NCBI GenBank assembly: GCA_964348165.1
Contig: CAYGCC010000074.1
Span: forward strand, 5,128 to 69,127
Length of the DNA stretch: 64,000 bases
Reading direction: 5' to 3'
Source of the DNA: an uncultured Gemmatimonadota bacterium
Lineage (GTDB): Bacteria; Gemmatimonadota; Gemmatimonadetes; Palauibacterales; KS3-K002
Part shown: positions 20,233 through 31,462 of the stretch, in pieces
Numbering within the stretch: position 1 is the stretch's first letter
How the letters are laid out: every line of letters begins with the position of its first letter
Position numbers and translations under genes: made by a program
Notes under the pieces: generated by a model
The model's database searches: none
What the model was told of the DNA's origin: nothing
What the model saw: only the letters and a program-made list of their open reading frames with translations

Positions 20233-20985
20233 TCACCACAGTCGAACGATGTCATCCCCGGCGAATAGAGGCCCGACCTCGAGGCCGAGCGCCGCCTCTG
20301 CGTACAGCTCCGGTGGCACGCTGATGTCGGCCAGGTACAGCTCGCCGACCTGCGCCCCCACCCCGGCCGTGCGCAGTCCCTGCTTGGGCAGCGCCAGCGT
20401 CATCGTCGCCGTGGCCCGGATGGCGGGATCGAAGACCGTCCCGGTGGTCGTGTCCACGCCGGATGGCGCATCGAGCGCGAGTACCGGCGCGGCCTGCTCT
20501 TTGGCCCAGCGGATCACCTCGGCCGCGCTGCCGTGCGGCGCGCCCTTGAGGCTGTACCCGATGACACCGTCCACAACCAAGTCGACTTCTCTCAGGTCCG
20601 CCAGGGCATTGACCTGGCCCACCGGCACCTTCATTCGACGCAGGATCTCGAGCTGATGACCCGGCACGGGGGTGAACCGAGAATCGTCCGCGGTCACAAA
20701 GACCTGCAACTTCGCGCCCCAGTTGTGCAGCCGGCGCGCACACACCAGGGCGCCACCCCCGTTGCCGCCGGTCCCCGCCAGCACGACCACGTGTCGGCCG
20801 CGCGGGTCGCCGTCGAAAAACCGGGACCGTGCCAGGTGGGCGAGGTTACGGCCGGCGTTCTCCATCATCTGGATCAGCTCGATCCGATAGTCCTCGATCA
20901 TCGCCCGGTCGACCTCCACCATCTGCTCGGTGGTGAGGTACGGGATCTCGATGGCGTCGGCCCGGTTCTTCCTCGTAGGGTTCAT
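20233..20985 (-). CDS. NAD(P)H-hydrate epimerase (YjeF N-terminal domain)
   Basis: VVVLAGTGGNGGGALVCARRL matches the YjeF_N glycine-rich motif. Confidence 0.75.
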   Translation of the reverse strand: MNPTRKNRADAIEIPYLTTEQMVEVDRAMIEDYRIELIQMMENAGRNLAHLARSRFFDGDPRGRHVVVLAGTGGNGGGALVCARRLHNWGAKLQVFVTADDSRFTPVPGHQLEILRRMKVPVGQVNALADLREVDLVVDGVIGYSLKGAPHGSAAEVIRWAKEQAAPVLALDAPSGVDTTTGTVFDPAIRATATMTLALPKQGLRTAGVGAQVGELYLADISVPPELYAEAALGLEVGPLFAGDDIVRLW

Positions 20986-21029
20986 CGTTCGTGTAATGTT
21001 CGAGCCGAACCTCTATGTTCCCACCGCGT

Positions 21030-21746
21030 TCAGCCGCGCCCGTAGACCGGGATGGCCGCCCCTGTGATTGCCCGGGCGCCGTCCGAAGCGAGGAAGGCGA
21101 TCACGTCGGCGATCGCCTCGGGCGCGACCCAGCGGCTGAAGTCGGCCTTCGGCATCGCGCTCCGGTTCTGGGGCGTGTCGATGGTGCCGGGCAGCACGCT
21201 GTTGACCGTGATGTTCGAGTCCTTGACCTCGGCGGCGAGGCTCTCGGTTAGCCGCATCACGGCGGCCTTGCTGGCGCTGTAGGCAGCGACCCGCGCGTCG
21301 CCCGACAGCGCGTTGCGGCTGGCCACGTTGATGATCCGGCCGCCCTTCCGCTCCAGCATCGCCGGGATCACGGCCCGGCAGGCGAGGAGCGTCGTGCGCA
21401 GGTTCACCTTCATGAGAAAGTCCCAGGTTTCGGGATCCTCCTCGTGCACGGGCTTGCCGCCCTTGAAGGTGCCCACCGTGTTCACCAGCACATCGATGTG
21501 ACCGAAGCGCTCCGCCACATCTCCGACCAGCTTTTCCACGGCGGCCGGATCCGTCATGTCGACGCCGGAGGCGAGCAGACGATCGCCGGACTTGGCGGCG
21601 TCGGCGAACATGCCGCTCAGCCGGTCGGCCGAACGATCGACCAGCACCGTCCGCGCGCCGGCCCGCTGGAACGCCCGCGCCGTCGCCTCGCCGAGGTTGC
21701 CGGCGGCTCCGGTGATGATCGCCACACGATCCTTCAGATCAGTCAT
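21030..21746 (-). CDS. SDR-family oxidoreductase
   Basis: MTDLKDRVAIITGAAGNLGEA (TGxxxGxG), downstream NAG and YxxxK context. The ORF-track N-terminal extension was rejected. Confidence 0.8.
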   Translation of the reverse strand: MTDLKDRVAIITGAAGNLGEATARAFQRAGARTVLVDRSADRLSGMFADAAKSGDRLLASGVDMTDPAAVEKLVGDVAERFGHIDVLVNTVGTFKGGKPVHEEDPETWDFLMKVNLRTTLLACRAVIPAMLERKGGRIINVASRNALSGDARVAAYSASKAAVMRLTESLAAEVKDSNITVNSVLPGTIDTPQNRSAMPKADFSRWVAPEAIADVIAFLASDGARAITGAAIPVYGRG

Positions 21747-21887
21747 AGAGTCCGTCTCCCGAGAGTCGATGCCGAGTTGAACGACAGAAGCTAGGCCCCG
21801 GTCCTTGCTCGCACCACCGCCAGGGGCCCAGCTTAGGACCTCACCACGAAAGGTGAAACGACGAGCGATCTTCTTGACAGGCCCTCG

Positions 21888-22661
21888 ATGAGTAGCAACG
21901 CCGACAATGTCGTCGAGTTCCGCAAAGCCAGCCTGAGGCTGCCGGACGGCCAGGCGATCGTCGCCGACCTCGACTTCGGCGTGCGCAGCGGCGAGATACT
22001 GGTGCTGCTGGGACGGAGCGGCTCGGGAAAGACCACCACGCTCAAGCTGGTTAACGGGCTGCTGCTGCCCAGCGAGGGCGCGGTCACCGTCGAGGGCCGA
22101 TCGACCCGCGATTGGGAGCGGACCCGCCTGCGCCGCCGTATCGGCTACGTGATCCAAGAGGTGGGTCTGTTCCCCCACTACAATGTGGAGCGCAACATCG
22201 CCCTCGTCCCCACCCTGGAGGGTTGGGACGCGGAGCGCGCGAGCGTCCGCACCCGCGAGCTGCTCGAGCTGGTCGGATTGGAGCCGGCGCGTTTTTCCTC
22301 CCGATATCCGTCCGAGTTGTCGGGCGGTCAGCGGCAGCGGGTCGGGGTGGCTCGCGCGCTGGCCGCCGATCCGCCGCTGCTGCTGCTCGATGAGCCGTTC
22401 GGCGCCCTCGACCCGCTGACGCGGCTGGAGTTGCAGCGTGAGCTACGGGAGCTGCAGGCACGTTTGGGCAAGACGATGGTGTTCGTCACCCACGACGTGC
22501 GGGAGGGGCTTTACCTGGCCTCACGGATCGCGCTCTTCCAGGACGGCCGCCTGGCGTTCATCGGTCGCCCCGGAGAGTTCCTCGAATCGGATCACAGCGA
22601 AGCACGCGCCTTCGTGCAAGCGCTCGAAGAGTCGAATGCGGTTCATCGCCGGACAGAGTGA
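21888..22661 (+). CDS. Osmoprotectant (glycine betaine/choline-type) ABC transporter ATP-binding protein
   Basis: Walker A GRSGSGKTT, signature LSGGQRQRV, Walker B LLLLDEP. Confidence 0.85.
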   Translation: MSSNADNVVEFRKASLRLPDGQAIVADLDFGVRSGEILVLLGRSGSGKTTTLKLVNGLLLPSEGAVTVEGRSTRDWERTRLRRRIGYVIQEVGLFPHYNVERNIALVPTLEGWDAERASVRTRELLELVGLEPARFSSRYPSELSGGQRQRVGVARALAADPPLLLLDEPFGALDPLTRLELQRELRELQARLGKTMVFVTHDVREGLYLASRIALFQDGRLAFIGRPGEFLESDHSEARAFVQALEESNAVHRRTE

Positions 22662-22760
22662 GCGCCGTCCAAGACCGCTGCCGCTGGCGTCGGCGCAGAT
22701 ATGCCACGAGGCTGCCACCCGTTCGACCGGGCGGCACCTAAGCTCTCGAAGGATTCGCGC

Positions 22761-23423
22761 ATGGACCTGATCGAGTTTCTCAGCCGGAATCGCGCCGAGT
22801 TCATCACTCTAACGTTCGAGCACCTGTTCCTGGTCGGCGTCTCCACTGGCGTGGCGCTCATGGTCGGTGTGCCCCTGGGGATACTCCTGACGCGCAGCCC
22901 GCGCTTCAGAACGCCGGTGCTGGGACTGGCCAACATATTCCAAACCATCCCCAGCCTGGCGTTGTTCGGCTTCTTGATCCCGATCCCCTTCATCGGCGGT
23001 GTGGGCGCCCGTACGGCGATCGTCGCGCTGATCCTCTACGCGCTGCTCCCGATCATTCGCAACACCTACGCGGGGATCCAGGGCATCGACCCGGCGGTGC
23101 GCGAAGCGGGTCGCGGGATGGGGATGACCGATCGGCAGCTGCTGTTCATGGTCGAGATCCCCCTCGCCTTCGGCGTTATCCTGGCCGGGATCCGGGTGGC
23201 GACGGTGATCGGCGTCGGTGTCGCCACCATCGCCGCCGCCATCGGCGCCGGCGGCTTGGGCGTCTTCATCTTCCGCGGCGTCGCCATGGTCAACAACACG
23301 CTCATCCTCGCCGGGGCGGTGCCGGCGGCGCTGATGGCGTTGGCCGCCGACTTCCTGCTGGGACGGCTGGAGCGCCGCTACGCGCCGGGGCACGCGCGGC
23401 TGGCCGAGGTACGTGCGGCGTGA
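22761..23423 (+). CDS. Osmoprotectant ABC transporter permease
   Basis: Multi-TM protein with an OpuAB/ProW-like EAA region (VREAGRGMGMTDRQLLFMVEIPLA). Confidence 0.8.
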   Translation: MDLIEFLSRNRAEFITLTFEHLFLVGVSTGVALMVGVPLGILLTRSPRFRTPVLGLANIFQTIPSLALFGFLIPIPFIGGVGARTAIVALILYALLPIIRNTYAGIQGIDPAVREAGRGMGMTDRQLLFMVEIPLAFGVILAGIRVATVIGVGVATIAAAIGAGGLGVFIFRGVAMVNNTLILAGAVPAALMALAADFLLGRLERRYAPGHARLAEVRAA

Positions 23424-24328
23424 GGGTCACGGCGCTTCTCGCGGCGCTCGTCGCGACCGGCTGCGGCCTGCTGGGCGGCGACCGAATCGTCGTCGCCTCG
23501 AAGAACTTCACCGAACAGACGATCTTGGCCGAGCTGGTCGCCCAACAGATCGAGCGGCGCACCGACTTGAAGGTCGACCGCCGCTTCTTCCTCGGCGGGA
23601 CGTTCGTCTGCCACCGCGCGATCGTCGCCGGCGAAGTCGATCTCTACGTGGAGTACACGGGCACGGCGCTCACCGCGATCCTGGAACGGTCGCCCCGACA
23701 GAGCGCCGCCGCCGTCTACGACACGGTGCGCGCCGTCTACGCGCGGCGCTTCGACCTGGAGTGGGGCCGTCCCCTCGGGTTCGACAACACCTTCGCCATC
23801 CTCGTTCGCGGCGCCCACGCGCGAGAGCTCGGCCTGGCGACCATCTCTGACGCGGCGGTCCACACGCCAGGCTGGCGGGCCGGCTTCGGCTACGAGTTCA
23901 TGGAGCGCGAGGACGGCTTTCCCGGGCTGGCGAAGACTTACGGGCTCAAGTTTACCGAGACGCCGCGCACCATGGACCTCGGACTCACCTATCGCGCCCT
24001 GGCCAACCGCCAGGTCGATCTCATCGCCGGCAACTCCACCGACGGCCTGATCGAGGCCCTCGACCTCTTCCAGCTCGAGGACGACAAGCATTACTTCCCA
24101 CCTTACGAAGCGGCGCCGGTCGTGCGCCATCAGCTGCTCGAGCTGCACCCGGAGGTCGGACGGGCGCTGGACGCGTTAGCCGGCCGCATCTCCGACGCCG
24201 AGATGCGGCGGCTCAACTACCGGGTGGATGTGGAGCATCAGGACGTCGCCCTCGTAGTGCGGGAATGGCTTGAGGCGAACCTGCCAACGGCGGAGGCCGG
24301 CGACGAGGTGGAGGCCGTGTCGCGGTGA
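23420..24328 (+). CDS. Osmoprotectant-binding lipoprotein (OpuAC-type substrate-binding protein)
   Basis: Lipobox LVATGCG. ATGA overlap with the permease gene. Substrate-binding-protein fold inferred from context and length. Confidence 0.75.
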   Translation: MRVTALLAALVATGCGLLGGDRIVVASKNFTEQTILAELVAQQIERRTDLKVDRRFFLGGTFVCHRAIVAGEVDLYVEYTGTALTAILERSPRQSAAAVYDTVRAVYARRFDLEWGRPLGFDNTFAILVRGAHARELGLATISDAAVHTPGWRAGFGYEFMEREDGFPGLAKTYGLKFTETPRTMDLGLTYRALANRQVDLIAGNSTDGLIEALDLFQLEDDKHYFPPYEAAPVVRHQLLELHPEVGRALDALAGRISDAEMRRLNYRVDVEHQDVALVVREWLEANLPTAEAGDEVEAVSR

Positions 24329-24823
24329 GCGCCCACTCACATCCTCCGCTCTCGCGTGCGGCGGACCAGGCCAAATCGGCGGGCCGGCCCGAGGCTTGGC
24401 ACGAGGAACTTGCGATGGCCCCCGACACGTCTTAGATGTTTTGGCGCTCGGTGCCCCAGTAATCGACAAACTCGTGCGATAGCCCATGATCCTCGTCGTC
24501 GTCTTTCTCGCTCTCGTGCTGATCCGCATGGTCGTGATGGAGCTTTTCTTGTTGCTCATCCTCAGTGTGGGACCGAGCTGCCCGGCCTGTGGCTGCGAAG
24601 CCATCCTCGTCCGTTCTCCCCGCCCGCTGCGGCGTATCCGCTGGTTGGAGCGCCGCTGGTGTATTAGCTGCGAATGGCAGGATCTGCTTCGCTGTGGCCC
24701 GCGCACGCGGGTCGAGGCCGCCGTGGCGGCGACCGAGCAACCGCGGCCGGCTTGAGGCGGCAAGTTCCGCCGCAGGGTCCGCACCTCGCTGGCGGGCCTT
24801 TGGCGGCCTCGCTCTATTAAGGC

Positions 24824-25297
24824 GTGAACCCTCTTCACCCCGAGGTTGTCCTGGTTTGGCGGGTGTCCGGCCTGCTCACCGCCCTTTTCCTCACGGCGAT
24901 CGTGGCGGCGCTGGAGGGCCTGTTTCTCACGCCCAAGGGCCTGGCGCTGATCGCGCCCCGGGTCATCGTGGGCTTGACCGCGCTCATCGTCATTCCCCTG
25001 GCGCTGATCTGGCCACGCCTGCGCTATCGCTATTGGCGCTGGCAGGTCGAGGCCGACCGCGTTCTGATCGAGAGGGGCGTGCTCTGGCGTTCGCGCTCGC
25101 TCATCCCGCGGGTTCGCATTCAACACGTAGACACCCGCAGCTCGCCCCTGCAGCGCTGGCTGGGGCTCAGCTCGCTGATCATCTACACGGCTGGCACCCG
25201 CGGGGCGGATGTTGAGATCCCCGGACTCGCCGCTGACGACGCCGAGGCGCTTCGCGAGCAGTTAGCGCGCCTGGAAGAGCTGGATGAACGTGGCTGA
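24824..25297 (+). CDS. YdbS-like bacterial PH-domain (bPH_2) membrane protein
   Basis: Two TM helices, then RVRIQHVDTRSSPLQRWLGLSSLIIYTAG, typical of bPH_2. Confidence 0.75.
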   Translation: MNPLHPEVVLVWRVSGLLTALFLTAIVAALEGLFLTPKGLALIAPRVIVGLTALIVIPLALIWPRLRYRYWRWQVEADRVLIERGVLWRSRSLIPRVRIQHVDTRSSPLQRWLGLSSLIIYTAGTRGADVEIPGLAADDAEALREQLARLEELDERG

Positions 25298-25395
25298 ACC
25301 GTCCGAACTCGGCGCACCCCAGGTTGGGGAAGAGTGGCGGCGGCTTCACCCGCTCACTCCGGCCCTGCGGTCGGTCCAGCTCACTGTGCCCGCCA
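25155..25395. repeat. Left copy of the roughly 240-bp imperfect direct repeat (ydbS 3' end + ydbT 5' start)
   Basis: Aligns by eye with 31222..31462 at roughly 9 of 10 positions, e.g. GGGGCTCAGCTCGCTGATCATCTACACGGCTGGCACCCGCGGGGCGGA. Confidence 0.7.
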
Positions 25396-25400
25396 CCCGG
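25284..25400 (+). pseudogene. 5' remnant of a ydbT-like gene (MNVAEPSELGAPQVGEEWRRLHPLTPALRSVQL...), disrupted by the cbb insertion
   Basis: Matches the N-terminus of the intact YdbT-like protein at 31350 (…TWQRLHPLTPALRSIQL), then diverges into Arg/Pro-rich sequence. Confidence 0.55.
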
Positions 25401-26017
25401 TGGCGCTCGGCCGGCTGGCGTACCGGGCCGATCCCGGCACGGTCACCTATCAGTCCGATAAGACGAGCGGGCCCATGGCGGGCACCGAGGACCGTGGACG
25501 CGCTCGAGTTCCTGGCACGGGTGAAGAGCCATATCCCCAACAAGGGCCAGGCCCGGTCCCGCCCGCGCAGTCGGGGGCTCTTGGGGTGGGCGCGGTTCGG
25601 CTCCTCACCGAGGGGGGCCCGGATTCCCCGGCTGCCGATCGCTGATCGGGCCCCCCGGATCCCCCGCTCCACGTCCCACAAGCACGCCCAACTCTGGCCT
25701 CGCTGGACGCGCTTGCGGCCCAACGCTACTTTGGGAGGCGCGATTGAATTCCAATGCCGATGCCGATGTGACTGCAGTTGACCCAGCCCCGGCGCCAGTT
25801 GGTGCTGCAATGCTTAGCGGACCGGGACGGCAAGAGAGGCCGGCGGACGGGCGGCCGCGGCACCGAATAGCCTTTCATCGCCGCGAACGATTATGCAGCC
25901 CGCCGGATGGCGTCACCCCACCCATTCGGGCGGGGACCACCCACCCGTACCGCCTGCCCCGTTTGGCGGTTGTGAGGTCGCCGCGAAACCGCCACTATGT
26001 TCTTGTGAATCTGTTCT

Positions 26018-26033
26018 TGTGAATCTGTTCACA
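26018..26033. promoter_or_regulatory. Perfect CRP/FNR-type palindrome TGTGAATCTGTTCACA
   Basis: TGTGA-N6-TCACA. A half-site copy lies 14 bp upstream, forming a tandem TTCTTGTGAATCTG x2. About 500 bp upstream of cbbP. Confidence 0.3.
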
Positions 26034-26538
26034 TGCCCGCTCTTGATCGAAGCCAACGCCCGCGCCGTAGGCCGAAAACGCGGCTCTGTGGGGGGCCGGG
26101 TGGGTTCCGATCGCGGAGCCGGAGGTGTTGATGCACGGCGCGCGCACTCTATCCACCGGTACGCGGTCAGCGAGGATACGCTGCGCACCGTCTTCTACGA
26201 GCCCGGGTGCCGGGGTGTCGCCCTGGGGGGCATGGTGCTCAAGCCGAATCTGGTGACCTCCGGGCTCGCGGACGCCGAGCGCTGGTATCCGGCCGGTGGC
26301 GGAGGAGAGGGTTTGCTGCCTCGCCACCGCGGTGCCGGCGGCGGTAGCGGAGATCGCCTTTCAAGGGCGGGCGCTCAAGCCCTGGAGAGGCGATGCGGCA
26401 ATGTACTCGAGTCCCCAAAAGCCCTCCTGCATTGGGCGAGACTCAACGTCACGGCTGGGCGAGGTCGTTATTCGGCCGAAATGGAACAGGCGGTGGCTTG
26501 ATGGCCGGCCCGGACGCGGATGCCGCGAGGAGCAGCTG

Positions 26539-27450
26539 ATGTCGAGGAAGCATCCCATCATCGCGGTAACCGGCTCATCCGGAGCCGGCACGACGACCGT
26601 CAAGGCGGCTTTTGAGCACATCTTCTTTCGGGAGAAGATCAAAGCAGTGATTATCGAGGGTGACAGCTACCACCGTTACGACCGGTACGAGATGCGGGAG
26701 GCCATCGCGGTGGCCGCCGCGGAGGGGAAGAGCCTGAGCCATTTCGGGCCGGAAGCAAACCACCTCGACAAGCTGGACGCTCTCTTCGAACAGTACGGCA
26801 GAACCGGCACGGGCGAGCACAGGCATTACCTCCACAACGAAGAGGAGGCCAAGCCCTACGGTCAAAAACCCGGCACGTTCACTCCGTGGGAGCCGATCCC
26901 TGACGGGACGGATCTTCTGATCTACGAAGGCCTCCATGGTGCAGTCATTACCGAGACGGTGAATGTCGCGAGACACGCCGACCTGTTGATCGGCGTGGTC
27001 CCGATCGTCAACCTCGAATGGATACAAAAGATTCACCGAGACACCGAAACGCGCGGCTACCGACCCGAGGACGTGACCGAAACCATCCTGCGCCGGATGC
27101 CGGACTATGTACACTATATCGTTCCCCAGTTCTCGGTCACGGACATCAACTTCCAACGTGTGCCAACGGTGGACACGTCGAACCCGTTCATCGCCCGCGA
27201 TATCCCAACTCTGGACGAGAGCTTCGTCGTCATCCGGTTCCGGGATCCGACAAAGTTCGATGTCGATTTCCCTTACCTCCTGGCGATGCTGCACGACTCT
27301 TTCATGTCGCGGCGCAACTCGATCGTGGTGCCTGGGGGCAAATGGGGGGTGGCGATGGAGATTATCCTCGCCCCCATCATCAAGCGGTTGGTCGAAGGCA
27401 GCGGCGGAGTTCGCGGTGACCGCGCGGAAGCGCTCTCCGCTTCCCGGTGA
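26539..27450 (+). CDS. cbbP: Phosphoribulokinase
   Basis: MSRKHPIIAVTGSSGAGTTTV P-loop and EGDSYHRYDR. Bacterial PRK size (about 300 aa). Confidence 0.9.
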   Translation: MSRKHPIIAVTGSSGAGTTTVKAAFEHIFFREKIKAVIIEGDSYHRYDRYEMREAIAVAAAEGKSLSHFGPEANHLDKLDALFEQYGRTGTGEHRHYLHNEEEAKPYGQKPGTFTPWEPIPDGTDLLIYEGLHGAVITETVNVARHADLLIGVVPIVNLEWIQKIHRDTETRGYRPEDVTETILRRMPDYVHYIVPQFSVTDINFQRVPTVDTSNPFIARDIPTLDESFVVIRFRDPTKFDVDFPYLLAMLHDSFMSRRNSIVVPGGKWGVAMEIILAPIIKRLVEGSGGVRGDRAEALSASR

Positions 27451-27577
27451 GTCGGCGGACGGATTCGATGCCCGCCGCGCTTTGCAGGATCTGCCCTGAG
27501 GCGTCACCGCCAAAAGGGTCGGGTAACCACGTCCTACTTATCGCCACAGTCGGATCTTTTATGGAAGGGAGCTTTGA

Positions 27578-29041
<1,464 letters not shown>

Positions 29042-29056
29042 GGAGGGTCCGTTTCC

Positions 29057-29500
29057 ATGAGCACCGGACTTCGAATCACCCAGGGAACCTTCTCCTACCT
29101 GCCCGATCTCAGCGACGAGGAGATATACGCCCAGATTCAATACGGGATCGACCAGCGGTGGGCAGTGGCGATCGAGTACACCGACGACCCGCATCCCCGC
29201 AACGTGTACTGGGACATGTGGGGGATGCCGATGTTCGACCTGAAAGACGCCTCGGGTGCAGTGATGGAGGTCAACCGCTGCCGGGATACCTTCTCGAACC
29301 ACTACATCCGGGTGACCCTGTACAATCCCAAGCTGACCAAGCAGACCACAGGGCTGCAGTTCCTCGTGAACCGCCCCGAGCACGAGCCAGGCTTCCGGCT
29401 CGACCGCCGGGAGGCGCACGACCGGGTCGTCCACTACACCTTGCACTCTTACGCGGCCGAGCGCCCCCATGGGGACCGCTACCGTGAGGACGGCCGCTAA
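29057..29500 (+). CDS. cbbS: RuBisCO small subunit (red-type)
   Basis: [23 protein letters not shown] ... WGMPMFDL ... YIRVTLY, with a C-terminal extension typical of red-type small subunits. Confidence 0.9.
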   Translation: MSTGLRITQGTFSYLPDLSDEEIYAQIQYGIDQRWAVAIEYTDDPHPRNVYWDMWGMPMFDLKDASGAVMEVNRCRDTFSNHYIRVTLYNPKLTKQTTGLQFLVNRPEHEPGFRLDRREAHDRVVHYTLHSYAAERPHGDRYREDGR

Positions 29501-29512
29501 AAGGTATTATCC

Positions 29513-30646
29513 ATGAGCAGCCAAAAGACTCCCGCCGACAAGGGGCCTCGACGGCCCGGTACGGAGGTTCCCGTCGCACCGCCGATGGGCCTGGGGATGG
29601 AATCCAAACCCAAAGGGATCCTGGAGGTGGAGGCCGAAGGCGAATTCGCCAAGCTGGCCGACCCGCTCAACGAGATTCCCGACGATCTCGAGATCCGCGT
29701 CGACGATGTCCTACGAGACAGCCGCGTGGCGGAGGTCCTTGAGTCCTTCGACCGGGAGTTGGTGGCGCTGAAACAGGTCAAGCGGCGTATCCGCGAGATC
29801 GCGGCGCTCCTTCTGATCGAGCGGCTGCGCCGCTCGATCAACCTCGAGGCGGAGCCGCCCACGCTCCACATGTGTTTCACCGGCAACCCCGGCACCGGAA
29901 AGACCACCGTCGGGATGATGATGGGCAAGATCCTCTTCAAGCTCGGTTACGTCAGGAAGGGCCACCTCGTGGCGGCGGGCCGGGAGGACTTGGTCGGACA
30001 GTACGTGGGCCACACCGCGCCCAAGACCCGCGAGGTCGTCAAGCGGGCCATGGGTGGGGTGTTGTTCATCGACGAGGCCTACAACCTGTACCGGCTCGAC
30101 AACGAGCGCGACTATGGGCAAGAGGCGGTAGAGCTCTTGCTTCAGCTGATGGAGAACGAGCGCGACAACCTGGTGGTGATCATGGCCGGGTACAAGGACA
30201 AGATGGAGCGCTTCTTCAGCGACGTCCCTGGCATCAGGTCGCGCATCGCCCATCATATCGACTTCCCCGACTACTCGTTGGAGGAACTGATTCAGATCGG
30301 CGCGCTGATGCAGAAGAAGCAACGCTATCGGTTCTCTCCCGCAGCCGAGAAGGCCTTTGAGAAGTTGCTCAAGCAAGGCATCTCCCATCCCGGTTTCGCC
30401 AACGGACGCAGTGTGCGAAACGCCCTCGACCACGCACGCCTGCGCCAGGCGATCCGGCTGTTCAATACCGCCGAGCGTGGCGGGAAGCTGACCAAAGCCG
30501 ATCTGGTGACCATCGAGGAGGCGGACGTGCTCGAGATCCGGGCGTTCGCGGAGGGCATTCCAGCGGCGGATCGAGGCTCGAGCGACCTAGCCCGCGCCGA
30601 CGAGCGGCGCCCGGATTTCAAAGGCTCGGGGACGCCAGGTGACTGA
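29513..30646 (+). CDS. cbbX: CbbX, AAA+ red-type RuBisCO activase
   Basis: Walker A GNPGTGKTT, Walker B VLFIDEAYNL, and sensor region MAGYKDKM. N- and C-terminal extensions beyond the canonical length of about 310 aa. Confidence 0.9.
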   Translation: MSSQKTPADKGPRRPGTEVPVAPPMGLGMESKPKGILEVEAEGEFAKLADPLNEIPDDLEIRVDDVLRDSRVAEVLESFDRELVALKQVKRRIREIAALLLIERLRRSINLEAEPPTLHMCFTGNPGTGKTTVGMMMGKILFKLGYVRKGHLVAAGREDLVGQYVGHTAPKTREVVKRAMGGVLFIDEAYNLYRLDNERDYGQEAVELLLQLMENERDNLVVIMAGYKDKMERFFSDVPGIRSRIAHHIDFPDYSLEELIQIGALMQKKQRYRFSPAAEKAFEKLLKQGISHPGFANGRSVRNALDHARLRQAIRLFNTAERGGKLTKADLVTIEEADVLEIRAFAEGIPAADRGSSDLARADERRPDFKGSGTPGD

Positions 30647-30872
30647 ACAGCCGGAAATCGTCATCGCGCGTGTGGTCCTGGGGCGCAAGGACCCCACCAC
30701 CCTCGTCGGGTTTCAATGGACCGGGGTCGACATCGCCGGGCTCTACGACCCCGATCAGGCGCTGATGCTGGGGGCGGTCTGGGAGGGCGACGAGCTGGTC
30801 ACCTACAACCTGGCGGCGCTGGAACACAACGTTCGAACCCAGAACGACAGGCTGCTGGAGGATCCCGATTAG
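30639..30872 (+). CDS. Small hypothetical protein (77 aa) translationally coupled to cbbX
   Basis: A GTG start overlaps the cbbX TGA (GTGACTGA). Confidence 0.4.
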   Translation: MTEQPEIVIARVVLGRKDPTTLVGFQWTGVDIAGLYDPDQALMLGAVWEGDELVTYNLAALEHNVRTQNDRLLEDPD

Positions 30873-30881
30873 CCGACGCTT

Positions 30882-31163
30882 TCATCCACCCGATTCGGGT
30901 GCGGCCACTTCGGCCCCAGGAAGCTGATCGATTAACCCTTCAGCCCCGTAGGTCTGATAATTCCGCCGGATCTCGTAGAACTGCTGTCGACTGTAGCCCA
31001 TGATCCGGCACTCCTTGCTCACGTTCCCCAGCTCCTGCGCCAGCTGTAGCAGACTGAGCTTCCGTCGTGCTATCTCTCCCTTCTGGACGGTGGTCATCTC
31101 CTCCTCCGGGTCTTGAGTGGATTCGGCAACTCTCAAGGAACCCCGGCGAAGGCAGTTGGCCAC
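30882..31163 (-). mobile_element. IS-family transposase N-terminal (HTH) remnant
   Basis: …IARRKLSLLQLAQELGNVSKECRIMGYSRQQFYEIRRNYQTYGAEGLIDQ resembles the N-terminal HTH of IS481-like transposases. The ORF stops after 93 aa. Confidence 0.5.
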
Positions 31164-31221
31164 CGTCTTCTGTTTAGCCTATTGTGTCAGGTGAATACCG
31201 TCACACTTCACACCTTAGTCC

Positions 31222-31462
31222 GCGGTTGGGGCTTAGCTCGCTGATCATCTACACGGCGGGCACCCGCGGGGCGGACGTGGAGATTCCCGGGCTCGCCGCC
31301 GACGACGCCGAGGCGCTTCGCGAACAGTTAGCGCGCCTGGAAGAGCTGGATGAACGCGACTGACGATCACGAGCTACCCGCGAGCGGTGTGGAAGGCCCG
31401 GAGACGTGGCAGCGCCTGCACCCGCTGACGCCGGCCCTGCGATCGATCCAGCTGGTCTACGC
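31222..31462. repeat. Right copy of the roughly 240-bp imperfect direct repeat (ydbS 3' remnant + ydbT start)
   Basis: Encodes …LGLSSLIIYTAGTRGADVEIPGLAADDAEALREQLARLEELDERD*, matching the YdbS C-terminus at 25160..25297. Confidence 0.7.

Noticed and set aside
24388-24410. TGGCACgaggaaCTTGC resembling a sigma54 promoter
   Set aside because: The GG-to-GC spacing is 14 nt instead of 12, and there is no downstream gene in a suitable position.
26001-26030. Tandem 14-bp repeat considered as a CRISPR or minisatellite
   Set aside because: Only two copies, no spacers and no cas genes. It is better explained as a duplicated regulator half-site.
25893-26501. ORF whose translation contains GMVLKPNLVT, reminiscent of class I fructose-bisphosphate aldolase (LKPNMVT)
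   Set aside because: This is a single 7-aa match inside an otherwise Gly/Arg-rich, low-complexity translation, with no support from flanking sequence.
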